Below are positions 30,451 to 40,724 of a stretch of DNA of 64,000 bases, piece by piece. The first letter of the stretch is position 1; each line of letters begins with the position of its first letter. Source of the stretch: Candidatus Methanomethylophilaceae archaeon (GTDB lineage: Archaea > Thermoplasmatota > Thermoplasmata > Methanomassiliicoccales > Methanomethylophilaceae); NCBI GenBank assembly GCA_944320495.1, contig CALUHR010000013.1:192001-256000 (forward strand). The letters run 5' to 3'. Under the pieces are notes generated by a model. The model did no database searches. It was not told where the DNA came from and saw only the letters and a list, made by a program, of their open reading frames with translations. The position numbers were made by a program, and so were the translations under genes.

Positions 30451-31818
30451 TCGGTGGTCCACCGGCACTCCCCGATCCACCAGGACCACGTCCCGCTCGG
30501 ACATCACCCTCTCGTCGAAGCCCGACACGGAGAACAGCCCGAGGGTCACGTCGTAGCCCTCCAGCTCCGGGATGGATGCGACCTTGCGCCTGAGGTGGTT
30601 CAGCACGTGGTTGTCGACGGGATTCCCCTTGTGGTACTTGCATTCGGCCGCGAAGGCCCTCCTCTCCGAATCGTTTATCGCGAGGACGTCCACCTCGACG
30701 ACCCTGGACCAGTACGACCCCACCCTCTCGGGCGTGAATCCGATGATCCCCGACATGGAGCGGGTCTGCTCCCTGCAGATGTCCTCGAAGACGAAGGCCG
30801 CATGGTCCTCCACGAAATGGGCGTCGAACCGGGACATCGCCCACTCGGTGTGCCCCAGCTCCAGCTCCGACATGTACGGGCGGACGAAGCGGAACCAGAA
30901 GGCCGTGTAGTTGTCGGCCACCGAGTACAGACCGCTCCTGCTCCTCTCCGGATTCCTCTCCGTGGCGGGGACCGTCCTCCTCAGGACGCGGATGTCGATC
31001 AGCCTCGAAAGATACGACGTCAGCGTCGTGGCGGGGACCTGGATCGCGGACGCGATGTCGGAGATCCTCCTACTGCCGCCGGCGACGGCCGCCACCACGG
31101 ACATGTACGTGGCGACGTTCTTCACCTCCTCGCCCAGGAGGACCTTCGGATCGTCGAACATCATCGCCAAACGATCCATGACGTTGTCCAGGACGTTCTC
31201 CCTCAGTGAGCGCCCGTCGAAGAGCTCCATATATCTCGGCACACCTCCGAGGACGGCGTATCTCTCCACCGCTTCGGTGAACTCTCCTCCAGTGCTCGCA
31301 TACACGGTGGCGAACGGCAGAGGGTTCACCACGATGTGCCTCGAGAACCTCCCGTAGAGGGGGCTGTCCCTGTCCTTGTCGAGGCTTTCCATCACGGTCA
31401 TGTGCGACCCGCACAGGATCACTGTGGTCGAGCTCTTGGAGAGCACCTCGTCCCAGACCTCCTGGAACATCGAGAGGAATCCCCCCTCTGTGCCGATCAT
31501 GTTCGGGAACTCGTCGATGACCAGGATCTTCCTCCCGTCCGAGGATTCGGCGAACGCCCTGAACGCATCCCTCCAGCGCACGAACTCCCCGTACGTCCTG
31601 CCAGTATGCCTCGAGAGCGCGGCGGAGAAGTCCCTCAGCATCATCGGACCGTTCATCTCCTGGGCGAAGTAGTACATCGCGCCCCTTCCGTCGATGAACT
31701 CCTTGATGAGCCTCGTCTTTCCAACGCGGCGACGTCCGGTCACCAGTATCAGGGAGCTCTCCCTCGCGAGCTCCCCCTTTAGGAGACCCAGCTCCTTCTC
31801 CCTGCCTATGAACTCCAT
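30451..31818 (-). CDS. Archaeal ATPase with C-terminal DUF234 (PD-(D/E)XK-like) domain (proposed CGA stop 30451-30453)
   Basis: FIGREKEL, GRRRVGKT, IDEFP, LCGS, GGVPRY, EVDVLA..AECKY. Confidence 0.88.
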
Positions 31819-31924
31819 GATGTCTACCGTTATATTATCCAGATAATTATTATTTGGATAATAATGTTTTGAAAAATACTATGACCGAATGAAGACCTCA
31901 CGGCCGAGATGGATTGAGGGAGGG

Positions 31925-32839
31925 TCAGTGGACCTCTCCGAAGTAGGGCTCGGCCCTCTCCAGCGCCTGCTCCCAGGTCGGGACGTTGTTCAGGGCACCG
32001 ACCTCCTCCACCGCGAAGGAGGCGACGGACGAGGCGATCACAAGGGCCTCTGGCACATCGTAGCCGCGATACAGCGCGGCGTAGAACCCTGCGCGGTAGT
32101 TGTCACCCGCACCCGTCACGTCGACGGCGCGCCTGGCCTTCACCAGCGGTATGCGGACAGTCTCGTCCCCGACCCTGGCGGTGCTCCCCGAGTCCCCGTC
32201 CGTGCGGACCACGAGCGACGGTCCGGCGTCGAGCACGTCCCCGATGCCGAGATACCTCTGGATGGTGGCGGCCTCCAGCTCGTTGCAGAACAGGGCGTCG
32301 GACATGGGCAGCGCCTCCCTGACGAGCCCCTCGTTCCAGACCCTGTGGACCTCCTGGGCGGGATCCAGCGAGATCGCCGGTCCTCCGCGCAGCTCACGCA
32401 TCAGGGAGACGTAGTACGACGGCTGCCCGGTGCAGAAGTGGACGTGCCTGGACCTGGAGGCCATCCCGGTCAGACGGATCCCCAGGGAATCGGCGTTGCC
32501 CTGAGGCCCCTGGTAGAAGAACACCCTGGTCACTAGGTCCTTGTCGTTGATGATCACGCAGGACGACGTCTCCTGCCCCACGGTGACGACCTCGTCCATG
32601 ATCAGCCCCGAATCCCTCATGAGGTCTAGGTACGCGGCGGGCATGTCCGGCCCGATGAAGGCGCAAAGCGCCGTGGGGCAGCCGAGCCTGGCGGCCGCCA
32701 CGGCTATGTTGGGCCCGGTGCCGCCGAGCGCGGTCTTCTTGGAGAGCGCGTCGGCGGTGATTCCGGGCGGGAGGAACGTGTCGATGCCGAAGATCGTATC
32801 GATCGTGACGTGCCCGTACACCGACACGAAGGGGTCCAT
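31925..32839 (-). CDS. PfkB family carbohydrate/nucleoside kinase
   Basis: GHVTID, GGTGPNIA, DPAQ, NELE, DVTGAGDNYRAGF; coupled to ahcY. Confidence 0.88.
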   Translation of the reverse strand: MDPFVSVYGHVTIDTIFGIDTFLPPGITADALSKKTALGGTGPNIAVAAARLGCPTALCAFIGPDMPAAYLDLMRDSGLIMDEVVTVGQETSSCVIINDKDLVTRVFFYQGPQGNADSLGIRLTGMASRSRHVHFCTGQPSYYVSLMRELRGGPAISLDPAQEVHRVWNEGLVREALPMSDALFCNELEAATIQRYLGIGDVLDAGPSLVVRTDGDSGSTARVGDETVRIPLVKARRAVDVTGAGDNYRAGFYAALYRGYDVPEALVIASSVASFAVEEVGALNNVPTWEQALERAEPYFGEVH

Positions 32840-34077
32840 CAGGTCCCCTCCTCCCATCCTCCGATGTAGGAGAGCTGCTCCTCCGTGAGGGCGTCGATCT
32901 CGACGCCCATGGACTCCAGCTTGATCCTGGCTATCTCCTGGTCGATGGCCTCCGGGACGTTGTGGACGCCCTTGGCGAGACCTTTGTAGTTCTTGACCAT
33001 GTGGATGAGGCCCAGGGCCTGGGTGGAGAAGCTCATGTCCATGATCTCGGCGGGGTGTCCCTGGCCGGCGGCCAGGTTCATGAGCCTGCCCTCGGCGATG
33101 AGGTACAGCCTCCTGCCGTCGGCCATGCGGTACTCCTCCACGAAGTCCCTGACGCGCTCCTTGGAGACGCTCATGGCCTCCAGGGCGGTCTTGCTGATCT
33201 CGTTGTCGAAGTGGCCCACGTTGCCCATGACGCATCCGTCCTTGGCTACCTTGAGGGCCTCGGCGGAGACGACGTCCTTGCATCCGGTGACCGTGATGAT
33301 GATGTCCGCCACGGCCGCGGCCTTCACCATGGGCATGACCTCGAACCCGTCCATCTTGGCCTCGATCGCCTTGATGGGGTCGACCTCGGTGACGATGACC
33401 GACGCCCCGAGACCCTTGGCGCGCATGGCGACGCCCTTGCCGCACCAACCGTATCCGGCGACGACGAGCCTCTTCCCCGCGACGATCAGGTTGGTGGCGT
33501 TCATCCATCCGTCGAAGGCGGACTGGCCGGTCCCGTAGCGGTTGTCGAACATGAACTTCATCTTCGCGTCGTTCACGTCCAGCACGGGGAACTCGAGGAC
33601 ACCGTCGTTGGCCATGGCCCTGAGCCTCTGGACGCCGGTGGTGGTCTCCTCGTTCGCCGCCTTCACGTTGGGCAGCGCGTCCCTCCTGGAGGTGTGGACC
33701 ATCGAGATGAGGTCCGCCCCGTCGTCGATGATGAAGTCCGGATGCATATCCAGTACGGTGTTGAGGTTGGCGTAGTACTCCTCCTGGGTCTCCCACTTCT
33801 TGGCGTAGACGTTGAGGCCGTACTCCTCCCTCAGCGCCATGGCGACGGAGTCGTCGGTCGAGAGGGGGTTGCAGCTCGCGAGCCTGACCTCGGCCCCGGC
33901 GTCCGCCAGGGTGACGGCGAGCATTCCGGTCTTCGCCTCGGTGTGGAGGGCCATGCCGACCTTGATGCCGGCCAGGGGCTTCTCCTCGATGAAGCGCTTC
34001 CTGATCGCCATGAGCACGGGCATGTGGTCCGCGGCCCAGTGGAGCCTCAGGGATCCGATCTTCGTGAGGTCGTCCAT
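32839..34077 (-). CDS. ahcY: S-adenosylhomocysteine hydrolase
   Basis: LHTEAKT, CNPLST, DDGADL, EETTTG, FDNRYGTGQS, GYGWCGKG, GHFDNEI, GHPAEIMDMSF. Confidence 0.97.
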   Translation of the reverse strand: MDDLTKIGSLRLHWAADHMPVLMAIRKRFIEEKPLAGIKVGMALHTEAKTGMLAVTLADAGAEVRLASCNPLSTDDSVAMALREEYGLNVYAKKWETQEEYYANLNTVLDMHPDFIIDDGADLISMVHTSRRDALPNVKAANEETTTGVQRLRAMANDGVLEFPVLDVNDAKMKFMFDNRYGTGQSAFDGWMNATNLIVAGKRLVVAGYGWCGKGVAMRAKGLGASVIVTEVDPIKAIEAKMDGFEVMPMVKAAAVADIIITVTGCKDVVSAEALKVAKDGCVMGNVGHFDNEISKTALEAMSVSKERVRDFVEEYRMADGRRLYLIAEGRLMNLAAGQGHPAEIMDMSFSTQALGLIHMVKNYKGLAKGVHNVPEAIDQEIARIKLESMGVEIDALTEEQLSYIGGWEEGT

Positions 34078-34081
34078 GATA

Positions 34082-34828
34082 TCACTCGAACTCGGCCTTC
34101 AGGGAGCCGCAGATGGAGTCCACGGTCGCCTTGAGGCATTCGCGGTTGGAGAAACCATCCAACATCTTTAGTCTTGCCGAGCGGTCGTCCCTCATCTCCT
34201 CCACGAAGCGCAGGATGTTGGCTGTCGCGCGGGAGATCTCGTCGCAGATCGGCACGGTGGCGACCCTCGACGTGCGGGACAGGGGGTTGATGTCGATGGA
34301 GATGACCTTCTTCCCCATGGCGATGAGCGCCTGGGCGCGGTCGCCGTCCTCGATCGGCACGAGGATGACGTCGCTGGACCATATGCCCTCCCTGGTGCAC
34401 AGGGCGCGGTCGTGGTCCAGGCCGGGGATCCTCTCCTCGGGGATCCTGCCGAGGACCTCCCTGGCACCATCGGCCTCGAGGAGGGAGATCACGGCCTCCA
34501 TCCTCTCGGGGGTGCGGTGGAACAGGTTCACCTCCACCTTGGCCGGCACCGCCTCGGCGATGGCGATGAGACCCTTCGGATCCAGCGCGGCGGCGTTGCC
34601 GTTGACGCAGATGACGGGGTTCTCGGCCTCGAGGAGCATCGCCGCGGCCGCGCGCTCCGCCTCCTCGGCGGGTCCGATGGTCCTCTCGCCCATCAGGTAG
34701 TCGAACGCCTCCCCGCGCCCGTGGGAGATCAGCCCTGTGGGCGTCACAACGCCCTGCGAGACCATGTCGACCAGGTGCTCCCTGGTCATGAGCGACTTGT
34801 ATCTGGGATGGCTCTTGGGAATCTGCAC
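34082..34828 (-). CDS. Phosphopantothenate synthetase (archaeal Pps, DUF137)
   Basis: GTG start QIPKSHPRYKSL, HGRGEAFDYL, VNGN, VPIEDGDR, IDINPLSRT. Two in-frame CGA lie just upstream of the start. Confidence 0.9.
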   Translation of the reverse strand: MQIPKSHPRYKSLMTREHLVDMVSQGVVTPTGLISHGRGEAFDYLMGERTIGPAEEAERAAAAMLLEAENPVICVNGNAAALDPKGLIAIAEAVPAKVEVNLFHRTPERMEAVISLLEADGAREVLGRIPEERIPGLDHDRALCTREGIWSSDVILVPIEDGDRAQALIAMGKKVISIDINPLSRTSRVATVPICDEISRATANILRFVEEMRDDRSARLKMLDGFSNRECLKATVDSICGSLKAEFE

Positions 34829-34899
34829 GCCCGCTCGATGTCGGTCACCCGTATATGGGTTCCCGTCAAGCGTTAATATCAAACGGCGATGCGAGACGC

Positions 34900-35619
34900 A
34901 TGGCAGATTTCAGGATCGTCCTCGTGGGACCGAAGTTCCCGGGTAACATAGGCGCTGTGGCCCGCTCGATGGCCAACTTCGGACTCAGGGACCTGGTCCT
35001 GGTCAACCCCGCCTGCGACCTCGACGACGACGCGTACCGCAGGGCGAAGCACGGGTCCTTCATCCTCGACGGAGCGAGGGTCGTGTCCACCTTCGACGAG
35101 GCCCTGGAGGACTGCTTCCTGGTCGCCGGCACCAGCGGCGTCACCACCAAGGGCGAGAGCAACTACACCCGCATCCCGGTTCCCGTCAGGGAGTTCGCCG
35201 AGGGCACCCGCGGATACCGCGAGAAGATCGCCCTCGTGTTCGGAAGGGAGGACATCGGCCTCCTGCAGGAGGAGCTGGAGATGTGCGACGTGCTCGTCTG
35301 GATCCCGACCGGCGACGAGTTCCCGATCCTCAACCTGTCCCACGCCGCGACCATCGCCATGTACGAGATGTACCAGGCGGAGCACGTGCCGCCCAAGACC
35401 CACCCCGCCAACAGGGAGCAGAAGGAGCGCCTGTTCAACACCTTCGACGACCTGATGGAGGAGGTCCGCTATCCGGAGAACCGCAGGAACGGGACCAGAG
35501 TCATGTTCAGGCGCATGATGGGGCGCTCCATCCCCTCGGAGTACGAGTTCCGCACCATCATGGGCGTCCTCGGCGACGCCGTGAGGATCATCAGGAACGG
35601 GAAGCCCTGGGAGAAGTGA
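34900..35619 (+). CDS. SPOUT RNA methyltransferase, TrmJ/LasT group
   Basis: PKFPGNIGAVARSMANFG, LVFGREDIGL, IPTGDEFPILNLSHA. Confidence 0.9.
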   Translation: MADFRIVLVGPKFPGNIGAVARSMANFGLRDLVLVNPACDLDDDAYRRAKHGSFILDGARVVSTFDEALEDCFLVAGTSGVTTKGESNYTRIPVPVREFAEGTRGYREKIALVFGREDIGLLQEELEMCDVLVWIPTGDEFPILNLSHAATIAMYEMYQAEHVPPKTHPANREQKERLFNTFDDLMEEVRYPENRRNGTRVMFRRMMGRSIPSEYEFRTIMGVLGDAVRIIRNGKPWEK

Positions 35620-36400
35620 GACGGACCGGCAGGAAGACGAGGACCTTCGTGTCCTCCCTGTCGTCCCTTTTGACGATATCCGGGATTATCCCGGTGTTGC
35701 TCACCACCGTATGGAATATCTGCTCGAGCTGGGCGGTGCCGAAGCCCGAGCTCACGGTGACGATGAGCTTGCCGTAGGCCGGATCGGTGGGGAAGACCGT
35801 CGCGCCCATCGCGCGCTGGACCGCCTCCGCCGGATCGATGTCGTTGACGTAGGAGAAGGTGTAGGCAGGCTCCGGGAATGTGCTGAAGAACGGCCCGTCC
35901 ACAATCGCCGCCAGATTGTCCATGGACAGGGATATCGTGTGTCCTATGACGCGGAGGCCCGAATCGATCTTCACACCGCCGTTGATCTTCTCGAACATCC
36001 CCATGTCCATCAGGAAGATGCGATCGGCGGTGCCACGTATCGAATCCAAGGTCCCGATCGCCTTTCCACGGCGTTCCTTCTCGATCGGATGAGGAAGTCC
36101 GGCGACGGCAATGACCCTGCAACCGGACCGCCTGGCACATTCAGCCACATGAAGCAGCATCGCCGATCCCGACTCGCCTCCGAGCATCGCATAGACGAAC
36201 GCGACCCTGACGCCCGAGAGGGCGTTCCTTATGGCGTACTCCTCGCCGCGAGACATCGGCGTGCGGAAGTCCGGATTGCCGGCGGCGGCCTCGCGGGGAT
36301 TTATGCGGTACGTCGGTATGCGATCGAACCCCGTGCTCGCGATGATGCGGCATGCGGCACCCCCGCACGCGAAGAGGACCGCATCGTCCAAGTCTCTCAC
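35591..36400 (-). CDS. Highly divergent FtsZ/tubulin-like protein
   Basis: FACGGAACRI, MLGGESGSA (degenerate GGGTGTG), VAGLPHPIE, TADRIFLMD match the spacing of the FtsZ GTPase domain. Confidence 0.6.
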   Translation of the reverse strand: MRDLDDAVLFACGGAACRIIASTGFDRIPTYRINPREAAAGNPDFRTPMSRGEEYAIRNALSGVRVAFVYAMLGGESGSAMLLHVAECARRSGCRVIAVAGLPHPIEKERRGKAIGTLDSIRGTADRIFLMDMGMFEKINGGVKIDSGLRVIGHTISLSMDNLAAIVDGPFFSTFPEPAYTFSYVNDIDPAEAVQRAMGATVFPTDPAYGKLIVTVSSGFGTAQLEQIFHTVVSNTGIIPDIVKRDDREDTKVLVFLPVRLTSPRASRS

Positions 36401-36674
36401 CGACGCCCATCCTCTGGCTCAGGTACCTGTCGGCGGCGGCGCGGACCATGTCGTCCAGACTCCTGCCGTCCGGTGTCAGGTCGGAGATGTCGAGGACCTC
36501 CTGGACGTCGTACTCCGGGACCACGCCCTCGGTGATGCGCCCGTCGGCGTAGGAATCGAGGACCGAGCGTACCGCATCGTTGATGGAGCGGAACTCCCCG
36601 CGGGAGACGAGCGCCCTGTAGACGGCGACGGTGTCGGGGGAAAGCCTCAGAACGATCCTCTCGTCATCAGACAT
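36384..36674 (-). CDS. Ribbon-helix-helix protein, CdrS-like (proposed CGA stop 36384-36386)
   Basis: RIVLRL..FRSINDAVRS..SLDDMVRAAADRY; directly upstream of the ftsZ-like gene. Confidence 0.65.
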
Positions 36675-36738
36675 CGCGGCGCCTCGTTGAAGAAATGAAG
36701 GTAAAGGGTTTGAGGTGGGGTCCGGAATCGAACCCCGA

Positions 36739-37053
36739 TCATCCGAAGAGAGCGGAGAGACCGGCGGCGGCCTCTTCCTCGCTGACAGCCTCTTCCTCGG
36801 GCTCGGCCTCTTTGGCGGGAGCCTCGGCGGCCGCGGCGGCGGCAGCGGGGGCGGCGGCAGCGGCGGCAGGCGCAGCGACGGCTGCGCTGGCGATGGCCTC
36901 CTTGATGTCGACTCCGTCCAGAGACGCGACGAGCGCCTTGATCTTGGCTGCGTCAGGCTCGACTCCGGCGGCGGTCAGGATGGCCTGGATGGCATCCTCG
37001 GTGATGTCCTTGCCGGCAGAGTAGAGCACCATAGCGCTGTAGATATACTCCAT
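36739..37053 (-). CDS. rpl12: 50S ribosomal protein P1/L12
   Basis: [11 protein letters not shown], Ala-rich hinge, [13 protein letters not shown]. Confidence 0.97.
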   Translation of the reverse strand: MEYIYSAMVLYSAGKDITEDAIQAILTAAGVEPDAAKIKALVASLDGVDIKEAIASAAVAAPAAAAAAPAAAAAAAEAPAKEAEPEEEAVSEEEAAAGLSALFG

Positions 37054-37077
37054 ATCAAATCAACTCCTATTGATTGT

Positions 37078-38082
37078 TTAACCGAATAGTGCACTGAGAC
37101 CAGCGGCGGCTTCCTCCTCGCTGACCTCCTCTTCTTCTTCCTCGACCTTCTCCTCGACCGGAGCCTCGGCAGCGGCGCTCGCAACAGGTGCGGCGGCTGC
37201 GGCGGAGCTGAGCCTGGCGGCGATCTCGTCGCTGGTGTATCCGGATGCGGAGGCGAGCGCCAGCATCTGGGCGTCAGCCTTCGCGAGGAGTCTGTCGATG
37301 TTCTCCTTGGTCGGTATCGCGGCCTCAATGGAGAGTCCCATGGACTCCCTGAACGCCTTCGCGATGAGCGGAACGATCGTCTCCTTGGTCGGGAACGCGA
37401 TCGAGACACCCAGAGCAAGGGCGTTGTGAGCGGCCGTAGCGAACATTGTAGCGTAGTAATCCTCGGGGATGTCAAGGACGTCCCTTCCGTAGATGACCCC
37501 GTCCTCGTAGGCGGCCCTGAGGTCCATTCCCACAACCATGGGAAGGATCTCGAGCTTGGGGAGCATCGCGGCCACGGGTCCGGGGATGGGCTCGCCCTCC
37601 TTGACCAGCGTGGTGTCCTTCTTGATTACTATCTTTCCCGCATCGATAGCTGCGGGAAGGCCTATCTTCTGAAGTTCCCCGATGATGGGGCCGGGTCCGA
37701 AGGGTGTGGGTCCCTTGGGGACGACGATGTCGTAGGGCGCGAGCTGACCCTCCTTAGCGGGGGCCGCGGTCATCGTGGCCTCAAGCTTCTTGAAAAGCTT
37801 GAAGGGATCGATGTCCGTAGTGACGATCGCGCACTGTCCGTGCACCGAGTCCTTGAGTCCCAGGATTCCGGGCTTCTCCTTCGCCGCCTCCTCGATGGCC
37901 AGAAGCATGAGCTTGTTCTTGGTCATCTTGAGCTTGGCGTGGGCCCTGAGTCCCGCCCTCATGGACTGGACCTGCTGTCCGGGAATCCCGTGCATGTCGA
38001 CGACGGCGACGACGGGATACTCGCGCATGTCCTGTACCAGCTCCTCGACGAGGTCCTTCTTCCAAGTTGCGACGTGTGCCAT
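37078..38082 (-). CDS. rplP0: 50S ribosomal protein L10/P0
   Basis: HVATWKK, APYDIVVPKGPTPFGPGP, C-terminal AGLSALFG. Confidence 0.97.
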   Translation of the reverse strand: MAHVATWKKDLVEELVQDMREYPVVAVVDMHGIPGQQVQSMRAGLRAHAKLKMTKNKLMLLAIEEAAKEKPGILGLKDSVHGQCAIVTTDIDPFKLFKKLEATMTAAPAKEGQLAPYDIVVPKGPTPFGPGPIIGELQKIGLPAAIDAGKIVIKKDTTLVKEGEPIPGPVAAMLPKLEILPMVVGMDLRAAYEDGVIYGRDVLDIPEDYYATMFATAAHNALALGVSIAFPTKETIVPLIAKAFRESMGLSIEAAIPTKENIDRLLAKADAQMLALASASGYTSDEIAARLSSAAAAAPVASAAAEAPVEEKVEEEEEEVSEEEAAAGLSALFG

Positions 38083-38094
38083 CTTCATGCCTCC

Positions 38095-38733
38095 TTAGAG
38101 GACCCTCTCCGAGGGACCCATGGTGGTCTTGACGTAGGCGGAAGCGATGTTGTGCCTTCCCTTCTCCAGGTGGGACTCGACACGCTTCAGGATGAGATCG
38201 ACGTTCTCGGCGATCTCCTCCGCGGGCATGTCAACGGTTCCGACGGGAGCGTGGAAGGTCTTCCTGTCCTTCGTCCTGATGGTCACAGACTTGCGGAGAC
38301 CCGCGATCATCGCGGCCGGATCGGCTCCGGGGGCGATGGGCTTGGGCATCTTTCCGCGAGGACCGAGAACGGTACCGAGCCTCTTACCGACGACGGCCAT
38401 CAGGGGCGCCTCGGCGATGAAGTAGTCGGTGTTGTTCGCGATCTTCTTGGCCTGCTTCTTGTCGTCCGCGATCGCTCCGAGTTCCTCGGGGGTGATCACG
38501 GAATCGGCCACGTCCTTGGCTTTCAAGGCAAGTTCGCCACCACCAATCACGCAGATCTTGACTTCCTTGCCGCGGCCGTACGGGAGGATGATATCCTCGG
38601 TGATACGGTTCTTCGGCACGGTGAGGTCGACATCTTTGAGATTGATGGCCAACTCAACCGTCTCGGTGAAATTGCGCTTCTTCGCACTCTCCAGTGCCTT
38701 CTGCACAGCCATCACGGTTGGTTTTTCTGCCAA
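38095..38733 (-). CDS. rpl1: 50S ribosomal protein L1
   Basis: TTG start; KRNFTETVELAINLKD, LGPRGKMP, YVKTTMGP. Confidence 0.97.
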   Translation of the reverse strand: MAEKPTVMAVQKALESAKKRNFTETVELAINLKDVDLTVPKNRITEDIILPYGRGKEVKICVIGGGELALKAKDVADSVITPEELGAIADDKKQAKKIANNTDYFIAEAPLMAVVGKRLGTVLGPRGKMPKPIAPGADPAAMIAGLRKSVTIRTKDRKTFHAPVGTVDMPAEEIAENVDLILKRVESHLEKGRHNIASAYVKTTMGPSERVL

Positions 38734-38747
38734 TACAATTCCTCCTC

Positions 38748-38781
38748 GTAGTGCGTACGAGCCCTTTAGGGGCTCTCCTAC
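38748..38781 (-). promoter_or_regulatory. Putative L1-binding autoregulatory RNA element in the rpl1 leader
   Basis: GUAG-GA-GAGCCC-loop-GGGCUC-GUACGCA-CUAC, i.e. helix, asymmetric loop, helix, abutting the GAGGAGG SD. Confidence 0.55.
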
Positions 38782-38870
38782 AAGTGATTGGGGCTATAGG
38801 CATGCCCTATTTAAAGGTAACACCCGGGCCCCCGCGCAACCGATATCTTTGTGCAGACGCATGCGGGGAC

Positions 38871-40184
38871 GTGGTTCAGTACAGGACCCTCGTGGTCGTA
38901 TCCCTGGCGTTGGCCGTCGCCCTGGCGGTCATATCGTTCCTCGCTACGGACTGGATGTGGTTCTGCATCAACATCCTGTGCGCGATGCTCCTCTTCCTGC
39001 CCCGCTGGAAGAAGTTAGGCTACTACTACGACAGGAGGGTCGTCACACTCACAATGGTGGCCCCCGCCCTGATGGTGGTCCTGTTCATTGTAGCGATGTT
39101 CCTGCCCATCAGGGACGTCTATGTCCTGGAGGTGTCGGTGTACACGTACGTCACCGCCATGATACAGACCATCCAGTCCTACACCGCGGGTCTGATGTTC
39201 GCCCTCATCCTCAACAGGTCCGGCGTCGTGCACATGACCACTTCGTGGGTGGCCATCTTCGCCATGGTCTTCTCCATGGCCGTGTCCGCCCTCGACCTGC
39301 TCTTCACGTTCGGGGACATGTACAGCAAGGGCTATCCCGTGTTCAACAAGGACTTCACCGAGGGGGAGGCCATCCTCACCAACAGGATCATGATGTCCTC
39401 ACCCGTGGCCGCGACCTTCGTGTCCCTGGCCCTCACGATAGGGATCTACATCAAGGACGGCGGGAAGGACGCCATGGAATACATCGTCGAGGGAGAGTGC
39501 GCCAAGCCGCAAGCGATCGACACCACGACGGAGTCAGCCGAGGCCTACGAGCCGAAGAGGTTCTGGGCCGATCTGATGAACCTCCTCTCGGTCATCGTCG
39601 CGGTCGCCCTGATGATCGGCGCGCTGACGTCCGAAAAGGGCAACGTCTCCGTGACCACCGTGTTCTGCTGCATCGTCTGCCTCGTGTCTCCGATACTGGG
39701 ATACCTCAGGCTCGTGAGGATACCGCCCGCCCTCACGCTCCTCATCTTCCTGGCCGCGGGGCTCCACGCCTACGGCCTCCTCGCCGAGATCTACGGGTTC
39801 ACCGGAAGCTACGATGTCCTGACCCATACCCTGTCCTCCACGACCATCGGCATCTGCGTGTTCTACACCCTGATGTGCTTCCAGGTCTATTCGGGCGGGA
39901 TGCTGGGGTTCACAGGCAACGGGCTGGCCCTCTTCACGGGTATAATCACTCTCGCGTTCAGCACGTACTGGGAGGTCATCGAATTCTTCTCCGACCTTAT
40001 CACCGGCGCCCATGCGCAATACAGCCCGTACGACACCCTCACGGACATGGTCTGCGACATGTCCGGCATGTTCATCGCATCCTTCGCCGTCGGGATCGCC
40101 CTGAAGAAGCTCACGGTCCCCCAGCTGGTGGCCTCGTTCCGGCTCGACGACCGTCTCAAGTCCAAGCTGGCCAAGAAGGACTGA
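38871..40184 (+). CDS. Polytopic membrane protein with two similar halves (DUF2238-like HxxxS/WE..E/DTxxD motifs)
   Basis: About 12 TM; YDVLTHTLSS, WEVIEF, YDTLTDM. GTG start follows an in-frame CGA at 38841. Confidence 0.65.
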   Translation: MVQYRTLVVVSLALAVALAVISFLATDWMWFCINILCAMLLFLPRWKKLGYYYDRRVVTLTMVAPALMVVLFIVAMFLPIRDVYVLEVSVYTYVTAMIQTIQSYTAGLMFALILNRSGVVHMTTSWVAIFAMVFSMAVSALDLLFTFGDMYSKGYPVFNKDFTEGEAILTNRIMMSSPVAATFVSLALTIGIYIKDGGKDAMEYIVEGECAKPQAIDTTTESAEAYEPKRFWADLMNLLSVIVAVALMIGALTSEKGNVSVTTVFCCIVCLVSPILGYLRLVRIPPALTLLIFLAAGLHAYGLLAEIYGFTGSYDVLTHTLSSTTIGICVFYTLMCFQVYSGGMLGFTGNGLALFTGIITLAFSTYWEVIEFFSDLITGAHAQYSPYDTLTDMVCDMSGMFIASFAVGIALKKLTVPQLVASFRLDDRLKSKLAKKD

Positions 40185-40329
40185 GCCCGGTCGGCCCCTC
40201 CCATATTCTGGGCTTCGGCCCTCCATTATTATACGGCTATCGAAATCGTATTGCCCGTCCGCTTCAATTGGTATGCATCCGACATTTGACAGCATGATCA
40301 CCGTTGCAGTATCCTTGATGGTCGCAGGT

Positions 40330-40680
40330 GAAATCCTTATCGATAAAAATCTGGGGAATACTACAGCCCTCATAGCAAGTTGGGCAGGATCGCCGAAGCT
40401 GGATGGGAGATCACCGGGCCCATGCGCAATCTCTACGGGACCGATGCGAACGCCCCGTCGTACCTCGTGGCCAAGGACCACTGCGGACCCTCGTGCATCT
40501 CCTCCGAGTACGCCCTGATGAGACGCAAAGGTCTTCAGGACCCCTCTGGACATGAGGGCCCTCGATATCCTGGATCCGGAGAGCGCCGAGGGTGATGCGG
40601 GAGGCTTCCCCTTCGACGACTAGTGCCTGGGCCCCTGGTGCCCGCATTACCCCAAGATCCCACCGTGGAGATCGTAGCAG
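40330..40680 (+). pseudogene. Decayed AbiEi-like (type IV TA antitoxin) remnant
   Basis: EYYSPHSKLGRIAEAGWEITGPMRNLYGTD.NAPSYLVA..CGPSCISSEYAL resembles my recollection of the AbiEi N-terminus; no clear start, and the similarity is lost through frameshifts. Confidence 0.45.
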
Positions 40681-40724
40681 AATGATGACGGGGTGGGGGA
40701 AGCCCACCCCCTGAATGTTTTGAA

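Noticed and set aside
36840-36900. GCG-rich repeats in rpl12 and rplP0
   Set aside because: Normal Ala-rich stalk hinge.
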